A DNA stretch of 61,723 nucleotides, filler included, from Deltaproteobacteria bacterium (GTDB lineage: Bacteria > JACQOV01), in assembly GCA_016202395.1 (NCBI GenBank). It is 3 parts of 3 records of this genome, joined end to end, with 100 filler letters (N's around TTAATTAATTAA, not from the genome) between each part and the next. Parts side by side here need not be neighbours in the genome. Positions count along the whole stretch, not along the records: positions 29,751 to 44,519 come from JACQOV010000031.1; positions 44,620 to 61,723 come from JACQOV010000045.1; 1 more part is not named here. One strand, given 5' to 3'. Shown in pieces: positions 39,738 to 48,267 of the stretch. The notes beneath the pieces were generated by a model. It was not told the DNA's origin, made no database searches, and worked only from the letters and a program-made list of their open reading frames with translations. Positions within the stretch are counted from its first letter, which is position 1. Every line of letters starts with the position of its first letter. The translations under genes and the position numbers were made by a program.

Positions 39738-39985
39738 CCTGATGCATCGAGCGACGCCTGTTCTAAATGGTTGTTAAAATTAGGTTTTATTGGTGATGAT
39801 GCAGTCGCGCATCGATTTGGGAGGGGATCTTGCACCCCTACACCCAGTAGCTTCGTCAGTTGAAAAACATTCCCCTTCGCTTCGCAGCCATGACACATCC
39901 AAACCCCTAACTCAACATTGCAAGAGAAACTGGGATTTTTGTCCTCATGCAAGGGGCAATAGCCTGTGGCTTGACCGTTCGTCGT
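39698..39985 (-). pseudogene. CHC2 zinc-finger (primase-type) gene fragment
   Basis: GYCPLHEDKNPSFSCN..WMCHGC; 5' end abuts an IS remnant and no primase domain follows. Confidence 0.7.
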
Positions 39986-40112
39986 GAGTTCGTTTTCCGA
40001 TTCAACCGACGTAACACACCGATGGCCGCCTTCCAGACCTTGCTTGGAATTTCTACGCGGAAAGCGCCGCTCCCTCTACAAAATCTGGTCGTGCTGAGCT
40101 AACCGTAGAAGC
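39986..40112 (+). mobile_element. IS1595-family transposase C-terminal remnant with right end
   Basis: Translates EFVFRFNRRNTPMAAFQTLLG; ends GCTGAGCTAACCGTAGAAGC resembling an IS1595 terminus. Confidence 0.7.
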
Positions 40113-40197
40113 ATATATTTTTAATTGTGCTGGCTCTTTTTGGAACACAACCTATGGGGGCCTCCCCTCCTCTCGAGATCTCGCAAGCCAATCTCAA

Positions 40198-40317
40198 TAT
40201 CAACTCTGTTACATCTCTTTTCAGCATGGATTGCAGAATTCTGATTTAACCTATCGAATCCATGTCGAAATGTCTGTGTATCAATTCTGTTACAATTGGC
40301 TTAACAGTTTTGATACA
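40198..40317. promoter_or_regulatory. Three TATCAAnnCTGTTA half-sites (one lone, one inverted pair)
   Basis: 40198-40211; 40277-40292 and its inverse 40302-40317 with a 9-bp spacer. Confidence 0.55.
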
Positions 40318-40571
40318 GGAGTCTCATGGAACGATTTCTCGCGGAAATTTATTTCCTCCTCTTGAATCGCACTTTCCACCCTTTAAACTTAGATCATGGG
40401 CTAGGTTTTCTATAAGAGCTTGCCTCTTATAAAAACTCCCCGTCATCAACACAGCACAACACGGTGGGGGTCCCTAAAAAGGTTCGTCGGAACTGAACAG
40501 GAGAAGTCTGCCTTCTGAGAGCCAGGCTAGAGCGGCAAAAACTCTCCAATGGGTTCCAAGAGGCATCACCT

Positions 40572-41078
40572 ATGAATTTCGAGATTCGCACGTTCCTCGA
40601 ACAAAGCAACCGGATCGAAGGATGGGGCCCTCAGGGGATGCGTGGAAGTATGCACGCCTGGGATTTCCTACGCAGACAGAGAAACATGACGGAGTTCATC
40701 GTTCTCGAAACGCATCGCTTATTGATGAGAAACTGGGATATCGAAGCGGCTGGAAAGTTCCGAACCCAAGAAGTCAAAAAGAGGGAATATGGCAGCTTTG
40801 TCCCTTGGGAAGCCGTCCCCCTCTGCTTAAATCTATGGCTGAACGTCATCGGAGAGATTCGAGATCGAAGGATCGAAGATAAAGACCGCCTCTGTGAATC
40901 CTGTCACATCCATTTTCAGAAAATTTATCCCTTTGAACGTGGCACCGGTGTGGTGGGCCGGATGCTCTGGAATTGGCAACGGATGTGCGTCTTTAATCTT
41001 CCCCCAAAAATTATCTGGGAAAGTGAAAAACAAGACTATTACCAAATATTTTATGACGAAAATCGATTCAAATATTGA
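40572..41078 (+). CDS. Fic/Doc-fold protein with degenerate active site
   Basis: FLEQSNRIEG, AGKFR, H..F..IYPFERGTGVVGR instead of HPFxDGNGRxxR. Confidence 0.75.
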   Translation: MNFEIRTFLEQSNRIEGWGPQGMRGSMHAWDFLRRQRNMTEFIVLETHRLLMRNWDIEAAGKFRTQEVKKREYGSFVPWEAVPLCLNLWLNVIGEIRDRRIEDKDRLCESCHIHFQKIYPFERGTGVVGRMLWNWQRMCVFNLPPKIIWESEKQDYYQIFYDENRFKY

Positions 41079-41469
41079 AAATGAGGAGCGCCTAGAGATG
41101 ACCCTTCATCGACCCATCCTCAGTCGCAATGGGCTCGATAAGATGCACTGGTCACAGCGTCTGCGAGAAAGAAAAGAGTGGGAAAAAGCGATCCATTATG
41201 AAGGGCTTCAGGGCCGCAAAGTAGTGCCACACCCCAGGCCGGCTCAAATCCGAATTCGAAGCTATCGCAAACGATTCTTAGATTACGATAATTTTGTGGG
41301 GGGCTGCAAACCCCTCCTCGATGCTCTCAAGCATTTAAACCTCATTGTCGATGATACGCCGGACTGGATTGAGGTCGACTACCACCAAGAGAAAGCTTTT
41401 TCGCAGCCCTCCACAAAAATCGAAATCACCTGGGAGGAGTCCCCCCGAACCCATGGAAAGGAAAAATGA
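41053..41469 (+). CDS. RusA-like Holliday junction resolvase
   Basis: DYDN..GGCK..LDAL..IVDD acidic motif set. Confidence 0.7.
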   Translation: MTKIDSNIENEERLEMTLHRPILSRNGLDKMHWSQRLRERKEWEKAIHYEGLQGRKVVPHPRPAQIRIRSYRKRFLDYDNFVGGCKPLLDALKHLNLIVDDTPDWIEVDYHQEKAFSQPSTKIEITWEESPRTHGKEK

Positions 41470-42536
41470 TGACCCAAAACAATAACGATCCCAGCGAAGG
41501 AAAGTTGCTTAAAAAAGCGGTGAACCAGCAGGCCTATCTTAAAGCTGGTCTCTTTGGCTTTGCAGGCTCAGGCAAAACCTATACCGCAGGAGAAATCGCC
41601 CTAGGGCTTGCCAAACTCCATGCCAACGGAAAGCCGGTGGCCTTCATGGATACGGAAACCGGCTCCGATTATTTAATCCCTCGATTTGAAAAAGAGGGAG
41701 TTCCACTCGTCGTGGCTAAAACAAGGGCCTTCTCGGATCTTCTAAAAATCGTCGATGAAGCTCAAAAAGACTGTTCCGTCTTAATCATCGACTCGATCTC
41801 CCATATCTGGAGAGATTTGACCCATAGCTACACCCGAAAGATGAAACGCAGTCGCTTGACCTTTGGAGATTGGGGAATCCTAAAACAAGAATGGGGAGAG
41901 TTTACCGACCTCTACCTGAACTCCCAAGTCCATATCCTCATGTGTGGCCGAGCGGGCTATGAGTACGACTACTTTCGCAATGACGATGGCAAAATGGAAC
42001 TCACCAAAACCGGAACCAAAATGAAGGTCGAAACGGAACTCGGCTATGAACCTTCCCTTCTCTTAGAGATGGAACGGGTCAAAGAGGAAGGGAAGAAAAG
42101 CTGGACGCATAAGTGCTATGTCCTCAAAGACCGAACCGATCTCATCCATGGCAAAGTCTTTAACAATCCCAAATTCAAAGACTTTCTCCCCGTGATTCAG
42201 TTTTTAAACATCGGGGGAGAGCATCTGGCCGTGGATACCTCTCGAACCAGTGAGGCCCTCTTTGATGGGAATGGAAATACCGACCGCTCTCTCTGGTACA
42301 AACGGCGAGATATTGCCATTGAAGAACTCCAAAACGAACTCTTTCTTACCTTCCCCGGCCAAGGCCCCGAGGCCAAAAAACAGAGACTCGAACTCTTTAA
42401 ATCGATCTTCAATACCACCTCCTGGGAAGCCGCCAGAGAAATGGACACCGAATTTCTGGAAGAGGGGCTTCGAAAACTTAAGGAACAGGTGGAAGAAATT
42501 AAAAAAGCTCAAACCCAAAAAAACACGACGGCATGA
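41466..42536 (+). CDS. Phage AAA ATPase (Sak4-like recombination protein)
   Basis: GFAGSGKT Walker A, DTE, IIDSISH Walker B, KDRT. Confidence 0.8.
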   Translation: MMTQNNNDPSEGKLLKKAVNQQAYLKAGLFGFAGSGKTYTAGEIALGLAKLHANGKPVAFMDTETGSDYLIPRFEKEGVPLVVAKTRAFSDLLKIVDEAQKDCSVLIIDSISHIWRDLTHSYTRKMKRSRLTFGDWGILKQEWGEFTDLYLNSQVHILMCGRAGYEYDYFRNDDGKMELTKTGTKMKVETELGYEPSLLLEMERVKEEGKKSWTHKCYVLKDRTDLIHGKVFNNPKFKDFLPVIQFLNIGGEHLAVDTSRTSEALFDGNGNTDRSLWYKRRDIAIEELQNELFLTFPGQGPEAKKQRLELFKSIFNTTSWEAAREMDTEFLEEGLRKLKEQVEEIKKAQTQKNTTA

Positions 42537-42549
42537 AGCGGAGGAAAGC

Positions 42550-42861
42550 ATGAAAATCCAATCCCACCAGGAGGAGCTATTTAGCACTTCCTATACCCAT
42601 CAGGAGACATCCAAGGAAGCGGCGGAATCCCTGCGTACCTATGCAAAAAGCCTCGCCTTAAAAACCTTACACTATATCCAATCCCAGGGATCCTATGGGG
42701 CCACCTGTTGGGACATCGAAAAAAACTGCCGGATGAGACATCAAACGGCGAGTGCCCGAATTCGAGACCTGGTTAAACAGGGCCGGATCAGGGATTCCGG
42801 GATGAGACGAGAAACGGAATCGGGAAGGAGAGCCATCGTTTGGCTCGCAAGCTACACATGA
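42550..42861 (+). CDS. Phage winged-HTH protein
   Basis: TSKEAA, GAT..DIE..HQTASAR..L..G.I..SG..R...SGR.AIVW; GGAGG RBS. Confidence 0.7.
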   Translation: MKIQSHQEELFSTSYTHQETSKEAAESLRTYAKSLALKTLHYIQSQGSYGATCWDIEKNCRMRHQTASARIRDLVKQGRIRDSGMRRETESGRRAIVWLASYT

Positions 42862-42873
42862 GGGGTCCACCTG

Positions 42874-43638
42874 ATGCTCAAAACTGGCTACGTGAAACTT
42901 TGGCGCAAGTTAAAACAATGGGAATGGTTCCACGATACTCTCCTGGTCGGAGCTTTTGTAAAAATGATCCTACTCGCTAACCACATTGATAAAAAGTGGC
43001 AAGGGATCGTAATCCCGAGAGGAAGCTTTGTCTCCAGTTGGCAACACCTCTCGCAAAGCTTGAATCTAAGCCTACGTCAGACCCGGACTGTCGTAGACAA
43101 GCTAAAATCGACAAGCGAACTGACAAAGCAGCCGACAAGCCGATTTACCCTTTTTACTCTTGTTAATTATGACAAATATCAAAACTCCTCTTTGAGACCG
43201 ACAATGGAAACGACAAGCCCACGGGCAAACGAGCGACAAACAAACGACAAGCAAGCGACAACAACTAAAGAATGTAAAGAATATAAAGAAAGAGAAGAAG
43301 AGGGAGAAAGTCCAATGGGACTTTCCTCCCTCGCCTCTCTCTGGAATGAAATCTGTAAATCCTTAAGCCCGGTCCGTTATGTTTCCTCCAATCGCCAAAG
43401 AAAGGAACAACTCCGACTCAGAGAACGGGATGAAAAGGGATGGAGAGAGGTTTTCCAAAAGATTGAAACAAGCAGCTTCTGTAGGGGAGAGAATGAAAGA
43501 GGGTGGAGAGCATCCTATGACTGGATCATTGCCAATCCAGACAATGCCCTCAAAGTCTTGGAGAGGAAATACGATGATCACGACTCACGAAACTCTCGTC
43601 GAGAGAAACTCTTGGAAGAGCTGAGGAACATTCCATGA
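42874..43638 (+). CDS. Phage replication initiator (O-like)
   Basis: GYVKLWRK...WEW, NYDKYQ, internal iteron-like repeats, GWRASYDWI..LE.KY. Confidence 0.8.
   Translation: MLKTGYVKLWRKLKQWEWFHDTLLVGAFVKMILLANHIDKKWQGIVIPRGSFVSSWQHLSQSLNLSLRQTRTVVDKLKSTSELTKQPTSRFTLFTLVNYDKYQNSSLRPTMETTSPRANERQTNDKQATTTKECKEYKEREEEGESPMGLSSLASLWNEICKSLSPVRYVSSNRQRKEQLRLRERDEKGWREVFQKIETSSFCRGENERGWRASYDWIIANPDNALKVLERKYDDHDSRNSRREKLLEELRNIP
43109..43263 (+). repeat. Iteron-like CGACAA repeats (probable phage origin)
   Basis: CGACAA at 43109, 43133, 43199, 43211, 43234, 43245, 43256. Confidence 0.6.
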
Positions 43639-44069
43639 ACGAGATCCTATTCGCCAATGAAATGGAACGGCTCCACGATGCCCTCGATAGCGAACGAGAA
43701 TCGAAGGGGGGAGAGGTTCGATTTGCTAAAAAACTCAAGCAATGGTTTCCAATCCTGCGAGACAAATATCCCACCTCCAAAGAGGTATTGAAAAAGATCG
43801 TGGATGAAGCCATCGAGCAGTGTGATAGAACTCCTTCTCTTAAAAAAATCCTGGAGATCCGTTCCGATATCCTAGCCACTCTCCCAAAACAAAATATTGA
43901 GAAAACGGATTGCTCTCCATGTTCAGGAGAAGGCTACCTATTAGCCTGGCAAAAGAATCCGGAAAAATCCCAATATCGCTATCGATTCGCTTTTCGCTGC
44001 CCTCATTGTGAGAATGGACGAAAATACAGGGGACTCCCAGTTGCGGAAAAAGGAACCTCTACCCCTTAA
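43635..44069 (+). CDS. Phage replication-associated protein with C-terminal Zn ribbon
   Basis: CSPCSGEG..RCPHC; ATGA overlap with the initiator gene. Confidence 0.65.
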   Translation: MNEILFANEMERLHDALDSERESKGGEVRFAKKLKQWFPILRDKYPTSKEVLKKIVDEAIEQCDRTPSLKKILEIRSDILATLPKQNIEKTDCSPCSGEGYLLAWQKNPEKSQYRYRFAFRCPHCENGRKYRGLPVAEKGTSTP

Positions 44070-44081
44070 AGGAGAATGTCT

Positions 44082-44246
44082 ATGAAAATGGAAATGAAAA
44101 CAGAACTTCAGTTGCAGCATAGCGATTGGTGTGAGAAGCACGAACGTTTCAAAGAAGAACTCTTCCCTCACGAAGAACCCATGTGTGAGGAGTGTTTAGA
44201 AGAAGCGGAAGAACGGCCTCTTCCATCGAAAGCAACTCATGATTAA
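44082..44246 (+). CDS. Small CxxH..CxxC zinc-finger protein (54 aa, not in the ORF track)
   Basis: AAGGAG RBS; MKMEMKTELQLQHSDWCEKHERF..PMCEECLEE..HD; overlaps the next start. Confidence 0.6.
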   Translation: MKMEMKTELQLQHSDWCEKHERFKEELFPHEEPMCEECLEEAEERPLPSKATHD

Positions 44247-44519
44247 AAAACCTTACCAGATTTTGGAGGGGGATTGTATGGAAATACTCAAAACGCTTCC
44301 CACAGAATCGACCCAGTGCGTGGTCACTTCACCCCCTTATTGGGGACTCCGAGACTATGGTGTTAAAGGGCAAATTGGATTAGAGAAAACCCCAGAAGAG
44401 TACATCGAGAAAATCGTTCAAGTCTTTCGGGAAGTACGGAGGGTTTTGAAAAAAATGGGAACCTGCTGGCTCAATCTTGGAGATTCCTATGCGGGAAGCG
44501 GTATGGGATGGTCAAAGAA
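44239..44519 (+). CDS. DNA methyltransferase (N4/N6), partial at contig end
   Basis: VTSPPYWGLRDY, WLNLGDSY. Confidence 0.88.
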
Positions 44520-44619
44520 NNNNNNNNNNNNNNNNNNNNNNNNNNNNNNNNNNNNNNNNNNNNTTAATTAATTAANNNNNNNNNNNNNNNNNNNNNNNNN
44601 NNNNNNNNNNNNNNNNNNN
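44520..44619. other. Artificial contig spacer
   Basis: N run flanking TTAATTAATTAA, 100 nt. Confidence 0.98.
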
Positions 44620-44657
44620 ATACAAGGTATCATAACAGTATCAATATGTCACTTCAT

Positions 44658-45362
44658 TTAATGCGTTTGTATTAGTAAAACAACCGCGAAGAAGACAAGG
44701 GTGAGAAGCACTTTAGACACAATATTCGACATGGACAATGCCTCACTACCAGCCAAGGCTGTAGCAATCGCGAGAGCAACCCATAGGACTACATCTTCTA
44801 TAGTTGCAGTTGCTAGAATAATTTTTGAAAAACGGGTATTTATAATTCCGAGGTCTATGAAAATTTTTGAAATTACAGGAATGGATGTCACCGCAATAGC
44901 AATCGCAACAATGATTGTTAATGAAAGCATACTACTCTTTTCTCCCAAATAGGGAGAAAAATCATAGAGATGGGGAGTGAACCATCCTACGAGAAAAGGA
45001 ATGGCTGTTCCGCCAAGCAAAATTGCGCCAATAAGTTTTTTGTCTTCTTTATCGACTGATTTTTGTATTTCAAATCCAGATATGAACATAAGAAGCACCA
45101 GGCCAATCCAATAGATGCTTGAAATCAATTTCCCTTCAGACTCAAATGCGTTAAAAATCCAGGTGTATGCCGTCGGTGAGAAAAAACCAAGTAGAGTCGG
45201 ACCCAATACCAAGCCACCCACTATTTCCCCAATAACTTTTGGTATTTTAAACCTGTTAAATAAGTAACCAAAAGCGTGTGCAAAAACGAGGAACAATATT
45301 ATCGCAAAAAAGAAGCGCGTAAGCTCTAAATTGCTTAAAGTAATCAACGCCGCGGTATCCAT
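44658..45362 (-). pseudogene. Cation:proton antiporter (CPA2/Kef-type), truncated at ~234 aa
   Basis: PKVIGEIVGGLVLGPT, TSIPVI, IEDV; stops 38 nt from the contig end; the ORF-track 5' extension runs through a tRNA. Confidence 0.65.
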
Positions 45363-45380
45363 AACGGTTCCAGGCTCCAC

Positions 45381-45523
45381 TCGATGCACGATATCCGATA
45401 TACGACAAACGAAACTTGCGGCAGCCCGTATATCGTATATCGAATATCGGGATAAATTTTGCCCTCCTAAATCGGCTTTCTCCTTTACCCGACATACGAT
45501 ATGCGAATCACGATATACGAAAT
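45381..45523. repeat. Three blocks of degenerate NCGATAT heptamers in alternating orientation
   Basis: 45381-45415 (5 units), 45430-45450 (3 inverted units), 45489-45523 (5 units). Confidence 0.75.
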
Positions 45524-45548
45524 TTTGGCCCGAAGGGACAAAATTTAT

Positions 45549-45635
45549 CGGAGGGGGAGGGATTCGAACCCTCGAGGCCCTTTCGAGCCTACACACTTTC
45601 CAGGCGTGCACCTTCGGCCGCTCGGTCACCCCTCC
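45549..45635 (-). tRNA. tRNA-Ser(GGA)
   Basis: Cloverleaf with CACGC-CTGGAAA-GTGTG anticodon arm, long variable arm, GGTTCGAATCC; CCA not encoded. Confidence 0.95.
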
Positions 45636-45677
45636 AAGCGAGACCTATTTATACACTATTTAGTTGGATTGCGGCAA

Positions 45678-45947
45678 TTAGAAAAAATTGCTCAAAGAAA
45701 CCGGCTTGACGTAAATATCTTTGACAACTTCTTGGTCCATGGCGATATCGGTCTCCCCTACACGAATCACATAAGAAGGCCTTTTCTGATGAATCTTGAC
45801 CTCACCTCCGGGGAGAATTCCCATGACAGCCAAGCGATCGAGACGCTTTAGATTTTGCGATGAAATAGAAACGATCTGATAAAGACGGGTTACCTGTGCT
45901 TCCATGAGAGGAATAAGGTCACGAGACGATGTTAGAATTTTCTGCAT
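45678..45947 (-). CDS. feoA: Ferrous iron transport protein A
   Basis: RLAVMGILPG SH3-like FeoA motif, downstream of feoB. Confidence 0.8.
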   Translation of the reverse strand: MQKILTSSRDLIPLMEAQVTRLYQIVSISSQNLKRLDRLAVMGILPGGEVKIHQKRPSYVIRVGETDIAMDQEVVKDIYVKPVSLSNFF

Positions 45948-46137
45948 GATTCAAATCCTTTCTGTTTCTCTCTTTCCAATATTTCCAAAATTGGGAGAGA
46001 GCCGAAACAATTTTTGATTTTTCAACAAACTCATAGCCGCAGTTAGGACATTGGATCAAAGCGCATTGATTGGAAATTCCACATCCACGACAAGCCGCTT
46101 TATCATTAAAACCATATTGGCAAAGAGGGCAAATCAT
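45919..46137 (-). CDS. Small Cys-rich protein in the feo operon
   Basis: CPLC..ACRGC..C..CPNC (7 Cys); starts 1 nt after the feoB stop. Confidence 0.75.
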   Translation of the reverse strand: MICPLCQYGFNDKAACRGCGISNQCALIQCPNCGYEFVEKSKIVSALSQFWKYWKERNRKDLNHAENSNIVS

Positions 46138-46138
46138 T

Positions 46139-47893
46139 TTAAAATCTCAACCCCCAGTTGACGATGCCGCCAATCAAAAAGGCCAAAGGATAAACGAAAG
46201 CAGTCATTACAATCGCAATCCGAACCCCTCTCTCTTTGACAATCATGAGGACGTTCGCCAAACAAGGAATAAACAGAGTCGTTACAATCAAGGCGATCGC
46301 CGTCTGTATGACATCCAGCTCTCCTTGACCATAGAGATCAAAAAACCGAGTTGCCCCGTAATCCCGACGCAAGAAACCGATTAGAAAAGCCTCTGCCGCC
46401 TGAGGAGGAAGATTTAAAACTCGAACCACCAAAGGCTCCGCCATTTTTTGTATAACGGGGAGCCATCGAAATTTATCTAAAAAGAACAGAACCAACGTCC
46501 CTAACACAAAGAGAGGAACGACCTCTCGAAGGTACCATTCCAATCGGGCCAATGTCTTTGTAAAAATATTGAAAAGAACAGGTTTTCGAATCGGTGGGAT
46601 TTCCATGATAAAATCGGAGCGGCCTCCCGACAAAACCTTTGAAGAAAGAAACCCTACAACGAGCAGAACCGTGAGGACCACTCCCAACCACAAGGGTGTA
46701 ACCCAAAACGGCAAGCTCCCAAGCATTCCTAGAATAATCCCAAGCTGAGCGGAGCATGGAACCCCCAAAGCAAGCAACAATGTTAAAATAATTTTCTCTT
46801 TTCGAGTATCCATAATCCTTGCAGACATAGTAGCCATCGTGTCACAGCCCAAACCTAAGACCATTGGAACAACGGCTTTTCCATTGAGTCCAATCAGCCG
46901 GAACATTCGATTAAGCATGACGGATAAACGGGGGAGGTAGCCTGAATCTTCAATTACACTAAAAGCGATGAAAAATGTGGTAACGATAGGGAGAATGATG
47001 GCAAAAGCATAGGTCAAAGCCATCGTGATAATCCCATAAGGCCCTACAAAAAGATCTCGAAGAAAGGGGGAAAAGAAAAATATTTTAGAGAACAACTGGA
47101 TTGCCCAAGGATTAAAGATCTCTCCAAAAAATTTATTTTCCAATAAATCTACACCCACTTGCGCCCCCAAATTCCCTACAAATTCATAAAATAGAAACAG
47201 AATTCCCACTAAAACGAAGATCCCCCAAAAAGGATGCATGGAAATCCGTCCCATCTCAGAGGCCCAACCCTTTTTCTGCACAGGCTCCTTTTTTAAAACT
47301 TGGGAGAGCAAGCTGTCTACAATCTTTAGCCTCTCCTCGTGAATGCGATGGAGCTCCCCTTTTTGAGAGTCAACAGGCCGATAAGTTGATGGAGACAGAG
47401 AGGTCATGTTCTGGCGCAACTCCCAAAGCCCTTTTTTCTGTATCGCAACGCTCCCCACCACAGGAACTCCCAATAAAGAGGAGAGCTTCTTCTTATCAAT
47501 GGCAATCCCCAAGGAGGTCGCTTCATCTTCCATATTGAGATCTAGCAAAAAGGGGATCCCATTCTCGATCAACTGCAGCGAAATCAGAAGAGCACGCCGA
47601 AGGTTTTTTGCATCCGCCACTTGAATGACAGCATCCGTTTTTTGTTGAAGAAGCAGATCGTGAGTAATCTGTTCATCCTCTGTCATTGGAACTAAGGAGT
47701 TGATTCCAGGAGTATCTATGAGTGTTACCTTACAATTGTTTGTCCATAACTCTCCGCGGGATATTTCGACCGTTGTTCCAGGATAATTGGCTACATTCGC
47801 ATGGCGCCCCGTGAGGTGACCAAAAATGACACTCTTCCCAACATTGGGATTTCCAACGAGCGCCACCGTTAACTCTGAAACAGATTTCCCCAT
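46139..47893 (-). CDS. feoB: Ferrous iron transport protein B
   Basis: GNPNVGKS, NYPGTTV, DTPG, EDSGYLPR, PCSAQ, FIMEIPP. Confidence 0.95.
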   Translation of the reverse strand: MGKSVSELTVALVGNPNVGKSVIFGHLTGRHANVANYPGTTVEISRGELWTNNCKVTLIDTPGINSLVPMTEDEQITHDLLLQQKTDAVIQVADAKNLRRALLISLQLIENGIPFLLDLNMEDEATSLGIAIDKKKLSSLLGVPVVGSVAIQKKGLWELRQNMTSLSPSTYRPVDSQKGELHRIHEERLKIVDSLLSQVLKKEPVQKKGWASEMGRISMHPFWGIFVLVGILFLFYEFVGNLGAQVGVDLLENKFFGEIFNPWAIQLFSKIFFFSPFLRDLFVGPYGIITMALTYAFAIILPIVTTFFIAFSVIEDSGYLPRLSVMLNRMFRLIGLNGKAVVPMVLGLGCDTMATMSARIMDTRKEKIILTLLLALGVPCSAQLGIILGMLGSLPFWVTPLWLGVVLTVLLVVGFLSSKVLSGGRSDFIMEIPPIRKPVLFNIFTKTLARLEWYLREVVPLFVLGTLVLFFLDKFRWLPVIQKMAEPLVVRVLNLPPQAAEAFLIGFLRRDYGATRFFDLYGQGELDVIQTAIALIVTTLFIPCLANVLMIVKERGVRIAIVMTAFVYPLAFLIGGIVNWGLRF

Positions 47894-48050
47894 TTCAATT
47901 CCTTTGAACTCCTTTACAAAGTAACAATGGATCGCACGCATCCTTTGACTAAAAACAAAAAGAATCGCTAGACAAAACGAAATACCTTTTCATTGCACTT
48001 AGCACTCCAGGACTAGCATGCCTCTATTTCCAAAGTAGTTGACCCATTAT

Positions 48051-48069
48051 ATTGAAATACACTTTCAAT
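48051..48069. promoter_or_regulatory. Fur-box-like palindrome upstream of feoB
   Basis: ATTGAAA-TACAC-TTTCAAT, 19 bp. Confidence 0.55.
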
Positions 48070-48100
48070 TAAAAGATAGGACATTACGTGGTTCTTCCAA

Positions 48101-48135
48101 ATGATACGCATCATGTGGCAAAATGATGCTCATCA
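48101..48135. promoter_or_regulatory. Two FNR/CRP-family-like TGAT-N4-ATCA sites
   Basis: ATGATACGCATCAT and ATGATGCTCATCA, 22 bp apart. Confidence 0.45.
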
Positions 48136-48267
48136 GGCCCTTATTCAAGTTGAAAAATCATATTACTTCGCCCGTTTTTAAATTATTTCTTTTCATATTG
48201 TTGCTGCATATACGTGCAAATTAGACTGGAAAACCAACGGAGAGGGTGGTTGAACATCACCAACACT

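Larger units (their letters stand above)
32971..44519. mobile_element. Lambdoid prophage remnant (packaging and replication modules), right end beyond the contig
   Basis: Portal, gpW, GpA terminase, terS, cos-like site, RusA-like, AAA, O-like initiator, two MTases. Confidence 0.9.

Noticed and set aside
42250-42549. 100-aa N-terminal extension of the HTH gene (similarly 40894-41052 and 6743-6934)
   Set aside because: Overlaps the upstream gene out of frame; downstream ATGs near the upstream stop fit better
45381-45523. Possible CRISPR array
   Set aside because: Units are 7 bp with no spacers; no CRISPR array or cas gene was seen anywhere in the window
45363-45629. 89-aa N-terminal extension of the antiporter ORF
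   Set aside because: Runs through tRNA-Ser(GGA) and the heptamer repeats; ATG 45362 is the plausible start
44520-45635. Prophage apparently integrated at tRNA-Ser(GGA)
   Set aside because: The two are on different contigs joined by the linker; there is no evidence of real adjacency
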